From a virus (lineage: Duplodnaviria; Caudoviricetes): 61,629 nt of DNA. The position numbers and the translations under genes were made by a program. The stretch spans positions 1 to 61,629 of the IMG/VR virus record IMGVR_UViG_3300043772_002642; one strand, given 5' to 3'. Below are positions 8,803 to 17,928 of this stretch, piece by piece. The notes under the pieces are model-generated. The model was not told the DNA's origin, ran no database searches, and saw only the letters and a program-made list of their open reading frames with translations. The first letter of the stretch is position 1; every line of letters begins with the position of its first letter.

Positions 8803-10407
8803 ATGTTAACAAAATCAAAAATATATGTAATACTATCATCACTAATAATGTTAGTATTTTTTGTTGTAAAGACTTCTGTATTACTGGGGTATATTCCTTC
8901 TACATCTACCACTCGTGGTATAGAATACACTTGTTTTTTAACTTTTGTCCCAATTTTTATTTTTATGATGAAAGAATATTCGTCAAATAAAAATAGTGAA
9001 CTTATTAATGAGTTAAAAGAATTTGATAGGTTTGTTGATCGTTCTGTTTTAGTTAGTAGAGCTGACGCTAAAGGTAAAATAACCTATGTAAATAAAAAAT
9101 TCCAAGAAGTTTCAGGTTGGTCTTTGGATGAAGCTGTTGGCAAAGACCATAACATAGTAAACTCTGGTTATCACCCTAAAGAATTTTGGGCTGAAATGTA
9201 TAGGGTAACAGTTAAAGAAAGAGATATATGGAATGCCGTTTGTACCAACAGAAATAAAAAAGGTGAGTTATATTGGGTTGATTCTTATATTAAAGCAGAT
9301 TTTGATAAAAATGGTAAACTTAAAGGATTTATGTCTATCAGATATGATGTTACAGAGCTTAAGAAAAAAGAAGTAGAGATTCGTAATAGAATGAATGCGA
9401 TAAATAAATCTAATGCGGTTATTGAGTTTGATTTAAAAGGAAATGTTATTTTTGTTAATAATTTATTTATGGAAACTATGGGATATTCTTCACAAGATGA
9501 AATAATTGGGAAGCATCATAGAATTTTTGTAGACGATGAATATGCAAAAAGTAACGATTACTCTTTTTTTTGGAAAAAATTAAATGACGGTGTATTATTC
9601 TCTGGTGAAATTACTAGAGTCAAAAAAGATGGGTCTTTAGTCTATTTACAAGCAACTTACAACCCTATTGTTGGTGTGGATGGAAAACTTTATCGTGTTA
9701 TGAAAATAGCTACCGACATTACCGATTCTCATGAACAAAAGAAAGAAATTGAAAAGAAAAATACGTATTTAGAACATGCCGCTAAAATATTAAGACATGA
9801 TATGCACTCAGGGATTAATACTTATATGCCAAGAGGACTTAGTTCATTAGAACGTAGATTAAAACCTGAAGATGTTGAGTCATTAAAAATAGACTCACCC
9901 CTTAAAATGATTAAAGAAGGTCTTAAACACTCACAAAAAGTTTATAAAGGTGTTTATGAGTTTACCAACCTTGTAAAAAAAGATGTTGTATTAAACAAAA
10001 CTGAATGTAATATAAAAAATATCCTTACCGATTATTTGTCATCAACTGCTTATATAAGTCAAGTAATATTAGAAGATAATTTACCGACGATTGAAGTTAA
10101 TGAGGCATTGTTTTGTACAGCAATTGATAATTTAATAAGAAATGGTTTAAAATATAATGACTCTGAAACAAAGTTTGTTAAAATATATCATGAAGAAGAT
10201 TTAATTTTAATACAAGATAATGGTAGAGGAATTACCCAAGAAGATTTTAATTATTTATCTAAACCGTATACAAGAAAAGAAGGTCAAAAAGAATCTGGAA
10301 CAGGTTTAGGATTAAATATTTGTGTTGCAATTTTAGAAGAACACGGGTTTAAGATTACGTGTGAAAAAAATAACATCGGCACCAAAATTATGATAAAAAT
10401 AAAATGA
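8803..10407 (+). CDS. Membrane PAS-PAS sensor histidine kinase
   Basis: Two N-terminal TM segments and two PAS/PAC domains (GKITYVNKKF..GKDHNI; GNVIFVNNLF..GKHHRIF). H-box RHDMHSG, N-box NLIRNGLKY, G1 DNGRG, G2 GTGLGL. Confidence 0.92.
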   Translation: MLTKSKIYVILSSLIMLVFFVVKTSVLLGYIPSTSTTRGIEYTCFLTFVPIFIFMMKEYSSNKNSELINELKEFDRFVDRSVLVSRADAKGKITYVNKKFQEVSGWSLDEAVGKDHNIVNSGYHPKEFWAEMYRVTVKERDIWNAVCTNRNKKGELYWVDSYIKADFDKNGKLKGFMSIRYDVTELKKKEVEIRNRMNAINKSNAVIEFDLKGNVIFVNNLFMETMGYSSQDEIIGKHHRIFVDDEYAKSNDYSFFWKKLNDGVLFSGEITRVKKDGSLVYLQATYNPIVGVDGKLYRVMKIATDITDSHEQKKEIEKKNTYLEHAAKILRHDMHSGINTYMPRGLSSLERRLKPEDVESLKIDSPLKMIKEGLKHSQKVYKGVYEFTNLVKKDVVLNKTECNIKNILTDYLSSTAYISQVILEDNLPTIEVNEALFCTAIDNLIRNGLKYNDSETKFVKIYHEEDLILIQDNGRGITQEDFNYLSKPYTRKEGQKESGTGLGLNICVAILEEHGFKITCEKNNIGTKIMIKIK

Positions 10408-11795
10408 AAAAAATATTTTTAATATTAGTTTTATTGTTTTTGTCTATTTCACTATTTTCCCAAAATAAAAACAGACAAAATATAAATGAGTCTACTTGGG
10501 ATCAAGGTGTACCTGTATTACCTGAAGATAATTACATCATGGGATTGATAGAACAACTTGGTGATTCAATAGCCGAATGGGACCATGTGACTAGTAAATC
10601 AAAAGCAAAAATATGTCGAGAGGTTGGTTTAGCATTTTATGATAGAGGTATTTACGATGCTGCCGATTGGTATTTAACCAAAGCGAAAAACTACAAAGAA
10701 GAAGCTAAAATAGAGTCTGCAAAACCAAAACCCACATCTTCGGACATAGAGAGTATGAAAGCCGACCAAAAATTTTTAGAAAATTTACCAAAATCTTATG
10801 ACAATATATCTAGGAAAGATATGAAAAAAATAGTTAAAGAAATTGAAAACAAAATTAAAGAACTTATAAGACAGAGAGACTCTTTGTTAAGTGATACAAA
10901 TGTAAGTCAAGAAGTAGTTGATGCTAAAAACAATGTTATCGGTTCATTAAATAAAGAAAAAGATATAATTGATTTGAATATACAAAAAAGTGAATTAAAA
11001 GATAGAAATAAAATATTGTTTATAGATAAAGAAAATTATAAAAAATATTTGATATGGATTAGTATTTTTTCGGTTATACTAGGTCTAGGTATTCTAGCTT
11101 TGTTACAAAGAAAAACTATAAAAATAAAAGATGATGAAATTAATAAACAACTAGAGGATATTGGTAAGAAAAATACCTATTTGGAACATGCGGCCAGGAT
11201 AATACGTCATGATATGCATTCAGGTATAAACACCTATATGCCAAGAGGTATAAACTCTTTAGAAAAAAGATTATCATCCGATGATATAAAAAATTTAAAA
11301 ATAGAAGGTTCCATAAAAATGATAAAAGAAGGTTTGGAACACACTCAAAAAGTTTATAAAAGTGTCTATGAGTTTACCAATCTAGTTAAACGAGATGTTG
11401 TGTTAAACAAAACCAAATTTGATTTGAAAGAAATTTTAATAAAATATTTAAATAACACATCATACTCATCTCAAGTCAACATAGAATATTTAGGTGAAAG
11501 TGAAGTCAACGAACCTTTATTTTGTACCGCTCTAGATAATTTTATTAAAAACGGTTTAAAATATAATGTTAGTGAAAATAAATTAGTTAAAATTTATTTA
11601 GAAAAAAATTATCTAGTAATAGAAGATAACGGCAAAGGTATGACACAAAAACAATTTGAAAAATATTCTAAACCAAAAAATTTTGAGTCTGGTTTAGGTA
11701 TAAGTATATCTGTGGCGATATTAGAAGAACATGGTTTTCCGGTTTCCTGTGAAAAGAATAACATTGGAACTAAGATGAAAATAAAAATAAAATAA
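10404..11795 (+). CDS. Sensor histidine kinase with signal peptide and extracytoplasmic coiled-coil region
   Basis: Signal peptide and one TM. The kinase core is closely paralogous to the upstream HK (KNTYLEHAARIIRHDMHSGINTYMPRG; NFIKNGLKY; DNGKG; SGLG). Confidence 0.88.
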   Translation: MKKIFLILVLLFLSISLFSQNKNRQNINESTWDQGVPVLPEDNYIMGLIEQLGDSIAEWDHVTSKSKAKICREVGLAFYDRGIYDAADWYLTKAKNYKEEAKIESAKPKPTSSDIESMKADQKFLENLPKSYDNISRKDMKKIVKEIENKIKELIRQRDSLLSDTNVSQEVVDAKNNVIGSLNKEKDIIDLNIQKSELKDRNKILFIDKENYKKYLIWISIFSVILGLGILALLQRKTIKIKDDEINKQLEDIGKKNTYLEHAARIIRHDMHSGINTYMPRGINSLEKRLSSDDIKNLKIEGSIKMIKEGLEHTQKVYKSVYEFTNLVKRDVVLNKTKFDLKEILIKYLNNTSYSSQVNIEYLGESEVNEPLFCTALDNFIKNGLKYNVSENKLVKIYLEKNYLVIEDNGKGMTQKQFEKYSKPKNFESGLGISISVAILEEHGFPVSCEKNNIGTKMKIKIK

Positions 11796-11809
11796 ACAAA
11801 AAAGAAAAA

Positions 11810-12241
11810 ATGATTGATTCAATTTTATTAGTGGATGATGAGGATTTATTCCACTTGGTTTTTGAGGATAGTTGTTCCTTATTAGACATTACCTTGTCAT
11901 TAAAAAGTTTAAATAGTTCTGATGAAGCAGCTAAATTATTTGCTGATTGGCAAAAGAACGCAAACGGTAAACCTGAATGTGTATTCGTTGACCTCAATAT
12001 TATAGGTTCATCTTTTGACGGTATTGAACTTATCCGTAAAATTAATTTTGAATACGGTAACAATGTAGTTATTGGTATTATATCTTCAAGTAACGAATCA
12101 GAAGAGCAAGCAAAGGCCGTTCAAGCTGGTGCTCAATTTTGGATAATAAAATCCGATGAAATTGAACCTCGTTTAGAAGAATTTAGAAAAGATTACGAAG
12201 GTTATAAAAATAGAACCGCACCATTTAAAGTGTATAAGTAA
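11810..12241 (+). CDS. Single-domain response regulator (receiver only)
   Basis: ILLVDDE, phospho-acceptor VFVDLN, DGIELI, IISSS, AGAQFWIIKS. No output domain. Confidence 0.9.
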   Translation: MIDSILLVDDEDLFHLVFEDSCSLLDITLSLKSLNSSDEAAKLFADWQKNANGKPECVFVDLNIIGSSFDGIELIRKINFEYGNNVVIGIISSSNESEEQAKAVQAGAQFWIIKSDEIEPRLEEFRKDYEGYKNRTAPFKVYK

Positions 12242-12921
12242 TGGTTAAACTCAACAAAGAAACTAAAAAAGAATTAATTGAATTATTAAATTCTAAAAAC
12301 ATTGCTTTAGAAGGTAATATTGTTAAATTATTTGATGCTGAGGGTGATGTTGAATTTGAAAAGTATTTAAAAACTTGTTCTGAGAAAGATAAAGATAATA
12401 GAAAAAAACGTCTAGAGATTACTAGACAAGTACAACAACAAAATAGGGACCTTACTAATCTTAATAGTGAAAATGAAAAGATAATGATAGAATTACAAGA
12501 TACATTAAAAAGTGTTGAGGATTCTAAAATTACTTTTGAGGTTCAAAATCGTGAATTAAACGAATGGAAACAAGACAATTTAAGATTAACCGAAGAATTA
12601 AAAAATGAAATGGTTAAATCTGAACGTGCCAGAATAGAAGCTGAAAAATCTAAAGAAGTTGCGTTAAACGATTTAGATTTATTACAGAAAAAAACTCAAA
12701 CAGAACTTATAGGTACAATAGTTAGGGTGGCTTTAATAGTAATACTTAGTGTTGGGGTTATAACTACAGGTCTTTATATAACCGCAATGTTTACAGGAAA
12801 AGATACTCAGATAATTGGTTCTACTTGGTCTAATATGTTTGGTATATTATTAACAAATGCTTTTAGTATTATTGGAACTATAATGGGTGTTAAATACGCT
12901 TCAGAGAAAAAAGATGGTTAA
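12241..12921 (+). CDS. Coiled-coil protein with two C-terminal TM helices
   Basis: Long Q/E/K/N-rich heptad region followed by two hydrophobic segments. Start overlaps the receiver gene stop (TAATG). Confidence 0.8.
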   Translation: MVKLNKETKKELIELLNSKNIALEGNIVKLFDAEGDVEFEKYLKTCSEKDKDNRKKRLEITRQVQQQNRDLTNLNSENEKIMIELQDTLKSVEDSKITFEVQNRELNEWKQDNLRLTEELKNEMVKSERARIEAEKSKEVALNDLDLLQKKTQTELIGTIVRVALIVILSVGVITTGLYITAMFTGKDTQIIGSTWSNMFGILLTNAFSIIGTIMGVKYASEKKDG

Positions 12922-12924
12922 AAT

Positions 12925-12952
12925 AAAAAACCCCATTTTATTGGGGTTTTTA
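12925..12952. terminator. Bidirectional intrinsic terminator
   Basis: AAAAACCCCA-TTTTTAT-TGGGGTTTTT between convergent operons. Confidence 0.75.
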
Positions 12953-12975
12953 TAATTTAATAAATTTATTAACTA

Positions 12976-13218
12976 TTACTCTGTAGGTGTGGTATTTTCA
13001 GATTTTTTACTTAAAAACTTTTCAACTACGTTACCACCTATACAAACTAAAACTATTGTTTTAACAGCGTCAACTAAATCAGTACTTGGTTTAATGTCTT
13101 CATGTGAGTAAGAATTTAATAACATAGTTACGGCTATAAATAAGAACCCTAAAAAAGCTATTACTCTTTTCATAGAAGTATCTCCACCACCAAACATTTC
13201 TTTTAAGAATTTTTTCAT
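12976..13218 (-). CDS. Putative holin-like two-TM protein
   Basis: 80 aa, two hydrophobic helices, SMKR motif, charged C terminus; directly downstream of the M15 peptidase. Confidence 0.55.
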   Translation of the reverse strand: MKKFLKEMFGGGDTSMKRVIAFLGFLFIAVTMLLNSYSHEDIKPSTDLVDAVKTIVLVCIGGNVVEKFLSKKSENTTPTE

Positions 13219-13229
13219 TTTTATTTTTT

Positions 13230-13694
13230 TTAAAATGGTTTATATGTTGTGTTACCGTTAACTCTAACGGCCTTTAAAACTTGTTTTCTTTGTCTACCTG
13301 TTGATTCATAAGAAACGTGAACCCAATCAGGATTAGAATCCGTACCAAACTCCCAAATTAATTGGTCAAAATTTAAATTACCTTTGATATAATCAAAAAC
13401 AGCTTTATTAGTAACCGTGTTTGAACGACCGTCCATATCGATATCGATAGCCTCACCACTACAATGCTGTGAAGTTAAAGAACCACCAATGGCAGTATTT
13501 AATTCTTTTGAACGATAACCTGATGATATGAAAATTGGTTGATTGAAATGTTTTCTGATTGGTTCAAAAATGTTTTCAGCCAGCTTTTTAAAATTCTCTA
13601 AGTGTTCGGGTGTTGGTTCATTTGATATGCCTTTTCTTTTGGCCATATCACTTTTTGTAACTTCTGATAAGTCTAAATGTTCTGATAATTTCAT
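13230..13694 (-). CDS. Peptidase M15A family (putative endolysin)
   Basis: ISSGYRSKELNTAIGGSLTSQHCSGEAIDID and WVHVS give the H/D/H zinc ligands. Confidence 0.88.
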   Translation of the reverse strand: MKLSEHLDLSEVTKSDMAKRKGISNEPTPEHLENFKKLAENIFEPIRKHFNQPIFISSGYRSKELNTAIGGSLTSQHCSGEAIDIDMDGRSNTVTNKAVFDYIKGNLNFDQLIWEFGTDSNPDWVHVSYESTGRQRKQVLKAVRVNGNTTYKPF

Positions 13695-13729
13695 GATACT
13701 TTTTTAATTATAAATATTTACTTTTTTAA

Positions 13730-13861
13730 TTAACGACCTTGACCCCTATACTTTTTTGGTTTTTGTTGTTTAGGTCCGTATTTTTTTTTAGCTTTTCCTT
13801 TGCTTTTTTTACCAAAAGAAACTTTCATTGAAGTTGTGGAACCACCTTTTGCTTTTGCCAT
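13730..13861 (-). CDS. Small highly basic protein (not in ORF track)
   Basis: MAKAKGGSTTSMKVSFGKKSKGKAKKKYGPKQQKPKKYRGQGR*, 43 aa. AATATTTAT upstream and an A-rich pre-ATG stretch. Confidence 0.75.
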   Translation of the reverse strand: MAKAKGGSTTSMKVSFGKKSKGKAKKKYGPKQQKPKKYRGQGR

Positions 13862-13913
13862 TTTGTTTTTAAATTTTTATTTTATTATTATTAATTACAA
13901 ATAAATATTAGTT

Positions 13914-14069
13914 ATGAGTAAAAAATTAGTAGTAAGTGAGTGTTGTAATGCTCAGGTCCAACATTACCCAACAATGGGATTAGGCCCTATGGAAAGTTCC
14001 ATGTTCTTTTGTTCAAAATGTAACAAAGAGTGTAAAACAAAAGTTATCGAACAAGATGTAAAGAAGTGA
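13914..14069 (+). CDS. Small Cys-rich, zinc-ribbon-like protein (not in ORF track)
   Basis: MSKKLVVSECCNA...FCSKCNKEC..., 51 aa. Confidence 0.65.
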   Translation: MSKKLVVSECCNAQVQHYPTMGLGPMESSMFFCSKCNKECKTKVIEQDVKK

Positions 14070-14084
14070 TATTTATATTATATC

Positions 14085-15173
14085 ATGAAAAATAAAATAA
14101 CAGAAGCGGCTGGTGTATCATTTGAGGTTAGAGAATGGGCCAACATTGTATATCACTTACTTGACGGTATACCTGATTCAGAAAATCGTTTATTGGTTGA
14201 TGGTCAAGAATGGCCTGAACAATTTGAAAAGTTTCCTGTTGATTGGTTTGTAATAGACTTTAACGATTGGACCAACGGTTATCTTGATTCAACTTCTGGT
14301 TATGATGCTGACGGTAATTATGTTGTTCACATAATGGTTTTAAATCAATTTAGACACCATCCTTATATGAAGACAATTCTTAATCATGAAATTAAACATG
14401 GTTATCAAGATTGGCAACGTAGAAGTAAGGGTTATCAAGGTATATTTGCAGCTAAAGAAGTTAAAGAAGTTTATACAGAAGATTTTATCAAGGTTGTTAA
14501 AGATAGAATTAAAGTTGGGGAATTTTTCAAAGATATATTAAAAAAATATTATCTACTAACTGATTTAGAGATGAATGCTTTTATGGAGAATGTTTATGAC
14601 AATGACCAAATAAACAACTATAAAAGAATGGTTAAAAATGTCACACAGTTTGATGCTCTTAAAGCTACTTATTATGAAAACCCCGATAGATTAGAAAAAG
14701 ATTGGCAAACACTTTTGTCCGTAAACATACCTTTTTTAAAGAAATATAAAACTTATGATGAATTTCTTAAAGCATCTACAAAATACTTTAAAGAAAGAGG
14801 TGAAGAAATACTTAAAAAAATTAACAAGTTAGAATATGTTCACCGAGATAGAAACCTAGGTGAAAGTGTAGTCAAAGAACAACAAGTAATTTGTAAAATG
14901 ATTTCACCAAAAGGACACGAAAGAGGTAATTACATGTCCAATCAAGAAGCTTTGGAACTAATAAATAAAATTCAAATATCGGGTAGGAAAGAAATTCAAG
15001 ACCCTAAAATTTTAGCACAGTTTGTAAAAACTTTGTCAGATTTTAGAAACAACATTAAAAATGTTGATACTAACAACGATACTATTGACACTTATATACA
15101 CAAATTAAGAACTTTATTGAATTGTTATGGTATGGAAACCATAGATAATTCTCCTGAAGATTTTGTTTTTTAA
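14085..15173 (+). CDS. Leader-tagged HExxH metallopeptidase-domain protein 2
   Basis: MKNKITE-AAGVSFEVREWA; HEIKH..LEMNAF; paralog of 7388-8716. Internal LGE-SVVKE precedes an extra domain. GATATTTAT upstream. Confidence 0.75.
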   Translation: MKNKITEAAGVSFEVREWANIVYHLLDGIPDSENRLLVDGQEWPEQFEKFPVDWFVIDFNDWTNGYLDSTSGYDADGNYVVHIMVLNQFRHHPYMKTILNHEIKHGYQDWQRRSKGYQGIFAAKEVKEVYTEDFIKVVKDRIKVGEFFKDILKKYYLLTDLEMNAFMENVYDNDQINNYKRMVKNVTQFDALKATYYENPDRLEKDWQTLLSVNIPFLKKYKTYDEFLKASTKYFKERGEEILKKINKLEYVHRDRNLGESVVKEQQVICKMISPKGHERGNYMSNQEALELINKIQISGRKEIQDPKILAQFVKTLSDFRNNIKNVDTNNDTIDTYIHKLRTLLNCYGMETIDNSPEDFVF

Positions 15174-15197
15174 AAAATCTTTCATATCTTTATTTTT

Positions 15198-15725
15198 GTG
15201 AAAGAAATATTAGACGAAATAAAATGGTTTTGGAAATTTAAAGTTAAATATCCTTGGTATGGTTTCCGTAGGGGTGTTCAAAATCTTTACACTCATTTTT
15301 CAGTTGTATGGAAAAGCGGTGATTTTGATTACGGTTACATTTTACAAATGATGAAGTTTAAACTTGAGAGGTTGGAAAAATCACTTCAAAATGGTTATGA
15401 AGTTGAGAAAGACCGTCTACCTAAGATCGAGGATATCAAAAGGTGTATAGAGTTAATTAACAACTACTTGGAAGATAACTACGCAGAACGTTGTGGATAT
15501 GTCCATAGTGATGGGGAAGTTGAATTTGTACCAACAGAAAAAAATAAAAATGGTGAACAACTTTATGAAATGGTTAGAGTTAAAGTTACACAGACAGATA
15601 AAGAAGAAGTACGTGAGATATTCAAAAAAGCCCGTGAATTAGAACAAAAAGAGTGGGAAGAACTTTGGGAAACCATCAAAAAAGGTAACAAATCACCTAT
15701 TGACGCTAGGGGATGGTGGGATTAA
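15198..15725 (+). CDS. Hypothetical protein
   Basis: 175 aa ending RGWWD; TATCTTTA 5 nt before the GTG start. Confidence 0.75.
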   Translation: MKEILDEIKWFWKFKVKYPWYGFRRGVQNLYTHFSVVWKSGDFDYGYILQMMKFKLERLEKSLQNGYEVEKDRLPKIEDIKRCIELINNYLEDNYAERCGYVHSDGEVEFVPTEKNKNGEQLYEMVRVKVTQTDKEEVREIFKKARELEQKEWEELWETIKKGNKSPIDARGWWD

Positions 15726-15735
15726 AAAATTTTTA

Positions 15736-15762
15736 AAAGGGACTGAAAAGTCCCTTTTTTTA
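15736..15762 (+). terminator. Intrinsic terminator
   Basis: AAAAGGGACT-GAAA-AGTCCCTTTT followed by T's. Confidence 0.8.
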
Positions 15763-15786
15763 TGATATTTATTACTGATAATTGTT

Positions 15787-16095
15787 ATGAACTGCTCGTA
15801 TAGACAGATAATACATAGAATAATAAAAGAAGAGATAATGAGTGAAAACGCAATAGCTCGTCTTCTTGAATGGTATAAGACATGGAATGATAAACTTAGT
15901 CAATCCATCACCAATGGTGATTATGCCAAAGTGATAGACACACATTTCAAAACTGGTCTATATCTATTATCTGCCTTAAAAAATGCGTCAAAAAGTCCTG
16001 AACTTAAAGAAACTTTAAAAGAAGAATTAGAAATAGTTAGAAGTAAAATGATTGCGTTGAATGGTATTAGAAAAACAATTGATAGTTTAAAATAA
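15787..16095 (+). CDS. Leader-tagged hypothetical protein
   Basis: RQIIHRIIKEEIMSE; GATATTTAT upstream. Confidence 0.7.
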   Translation: MNCSYRQIIHRIIKEEIMSENAIARLLEWYKTWNDKLSQSITNGDYAKVIDTHFKTGLYLLSALKNASKSPELKETLKEELEIVRSKMIALNGIRKTIDSLK

Positions 16096-16112
16096 TTTTT
16101 TTATTATTGTTT

Positions 16113-16310
16113 ATGATTAACGAGTACGAAAGACAGGAATTTTGGAAAACTAAAATTAAAGTTACTAAATGTAACAATCAAGACGCTTGGTATAGTGACA
16201 AAATAGGTCAAGTGTTTGAGGTTGATTCGACTACAGTTAGAGATTACTATATAAAAGAAAACGATAGTGTCAAATCCGTTTTAATAAAAGACGCTGAAAT
16301 TTTAAATTAG
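16113..16310 (+). CDS. Hypothetical protein
   Basis: KIKVTKCNNQDAWYSDKIGQVFEV resembles 46613-46828 (KVIITKTSKPTYWYANKVGQIFEC). Confidence 0.65.
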   Translation: MINEYERQEFWKTKIKVTKCNNQDAWYSDKIGQVFEVDSTTVRDYYIKENDSVKSVLIKDAEILN

Positions 16311-16336
16311 ACCCAAGAACATTCTTGGGTTTTTTC
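16311..16336 (+). terminator. Intrinsic terminator
   Basis: ACCCAAGAA-CA-TTCTTGGGT followed by a T-run. Confidence 0.75.
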
Positions 16337-16348
16337 ATATTTATAGGT

Positions 16349-17512
16349 ATGAAACAATTATTAAATGAAATCTCAGGTATCGCTCAATCTACAATACCTT
16401 ACACAAAGGCTGTATTCGATAGGGTAAAAAAAGAGATGGATTATTTTTTTAATAATGTTTACGATGAGGATTATTTAGAAAGTGTTGAGGCTTTTCGTAG
16501 AAAAGGTTATTTACCGTCACCCGACCATATAAAAGATTTAAAATTACCTTATAGATATTTAGCTCCTTTCATAACAGACCAAGATTTTAAAGACCTACCT
16601 TTGGTTCAAATAAATGTAGATTTAACTTTTAGATATGTAAGTGTTGACTCACCCCAAAACAATAAATTTACTGTCGAGGGTGGTGCATGGCCTATTTTTG
16701 TTAGTCGTTTAGGTAAGGATAGTGTGTTTGGTTATAGGGTAAAACCTGAATTGTTCCCAGTCTCAAAGAAAAGAAGTCAGTCTGTAAATAGAGCTGTTGT
16801 TGCTTCAATAGATTTTGATGTTGTTGTTTATGATGATTTTGATATCTCAAAAGATTTAAAAAGTCTTGAAAGGGAACTATATTCTGTAATCTTCCACGAA
16901 ATGATGCACATTTATGAGGCTCACAAAAACAAATCTTTAGATGTCCACTCTTTAAAAATAGGGTCCGTCAAACCAAAATCAAAAATGGAGACAGCAAAAG
17001 CCCATTTGGGTGACACCAAAATGGTTGGTGTACCTAGAGGGATACAAGATGCGATTAGGGCTTTGTTACAACTTTACTACGTTTCGTTACCAACAGAAGT
17101 CCAAGCTTTAACTCAAGAGATGTATCCATATGTAATTGATACGGAATTAAAAGACTTTTTTACAAACACTTACCAAGGTCAAATTGTTAAAAATTTACAA
17201 GGTTTTGATAAAGATTATTTTTACCAAATTTTAAACGAAGAAGCTGAAAAATATTTTGAAAAAAAAGGTGAAGAACCTACACAAGAACGTATAGATAATT
17301 TTTTTGAAGCAGTAAGAAAAGGTTTAATATCTAAATATATCAGGTCAGCCGAATCAAACCATCAAACCGTTGATAGAAAATTTATCAACAAAAAAACTTT
17401 AAAAGATTTAATCGACTATATGAGTATTCAAATAAAAAAAGCGGGTGATAGGTTACATAAAAATGTTGGTAGACTTTACGCTCTAAAAATGAATAAAGGT
17501 TTGACTGTCTAA
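16349..17512 (+). CDS. Leader-tagged HExxH metallopeptidase-domain protein 3
   Basis: MKQLLNE-ISGI; HEMMH..TEVQA. CATATTTAT immediately upstream of ATG 16349. Confidence 0.7.
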   Translation: MKQLLNEISGIAQSTIPYTKAVFDRVKKEMDYFFNNVYDEDYLESVEAFRRKGYLPSPDHIKDLKLPYRYLAPFITDQDFKDLPLVQINVDLTFRYVSVDSPQNNKFTVEGGAWPIFVSRLGKDSVFGYRVKPELFPVSKKRSQSVNRAVVASIDFDVVVYDDFDISKDLKSLERELYSVIFHEMMHIYEAHKNKSLDVHSLKIGSVKPKSKMETAKAHLGDTKMVGVPRGIQDAIRALLQLYYVSLPTEVQALTQEMYPYVIDTELKDFFTNTYQGQIVKNLQGFDKDYFYQILNEEAEKYFEKKGEEPTQERIDNFFEAVRKGLISKYIRSAESNHQTVDRKFINKKTLKDLIDYMSIQIKKAGDRLHKNVGRLYALKMNKGLTV

Positions 17513-17556
17513 AAAACTTTTTATATATTTGTACTATAAATTTAAAATTAAAAGTT

Positions 17557-17850
17557 ATGGTATATCCAGAAATCAAAATTAAAGAAAAACGTAAGTCTTT
17601 TACGATGAAAGTAAAAATTTCAAAAAAAGAAGTTGAAGGTGAGGTTTTTACTTCAGAAGAAGTGACCGAACTTAAAAGAACTATTTTAGAAGAAATTTCT
17701 TATGAATTGGACAATCTTGTTCATATGATGGTTGAGGACGAAGAGTTAAGTGTTGAACAAATTGAGGCTATGGAAAATGCCTTAAGTAAAGTTTCAGTTT
17801 CAATCGAAAATGAAACTGAAGAGGTTAGTGAAACTGAAGAAAAAGCTTAA
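17557..17850 (+). CDS. Hypothetical acidic protein
   Basis: 97 aa; TATATTTG upstream. Confidence 0.7.
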   Translation: MVYPEIKIKEKRKSFTMKVKISKKEVEGEVFTSEEVTELKRTILEEISYELDNLVHMMVEDEELSVEQIEAMENALSKVSVSIENETEEVSETEEKA

Positions 17851-17867
17851 CATCTTTAAAAAGAATT

Positions 17868-17898
17868 AAAAAGGGACAAAATTTTTGTCCCTTTTTTT
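17868..17898 (+). terminator. Intrinsic terminator
   Basis: AAAAAGGGACAAAA / TTTTGTCCCTTTTT inverted repeat. Confidence 0.75.
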
Positions 17899-17928
17899 AT
17901 ATTTATATAGTGATAAACTATATTAAAA

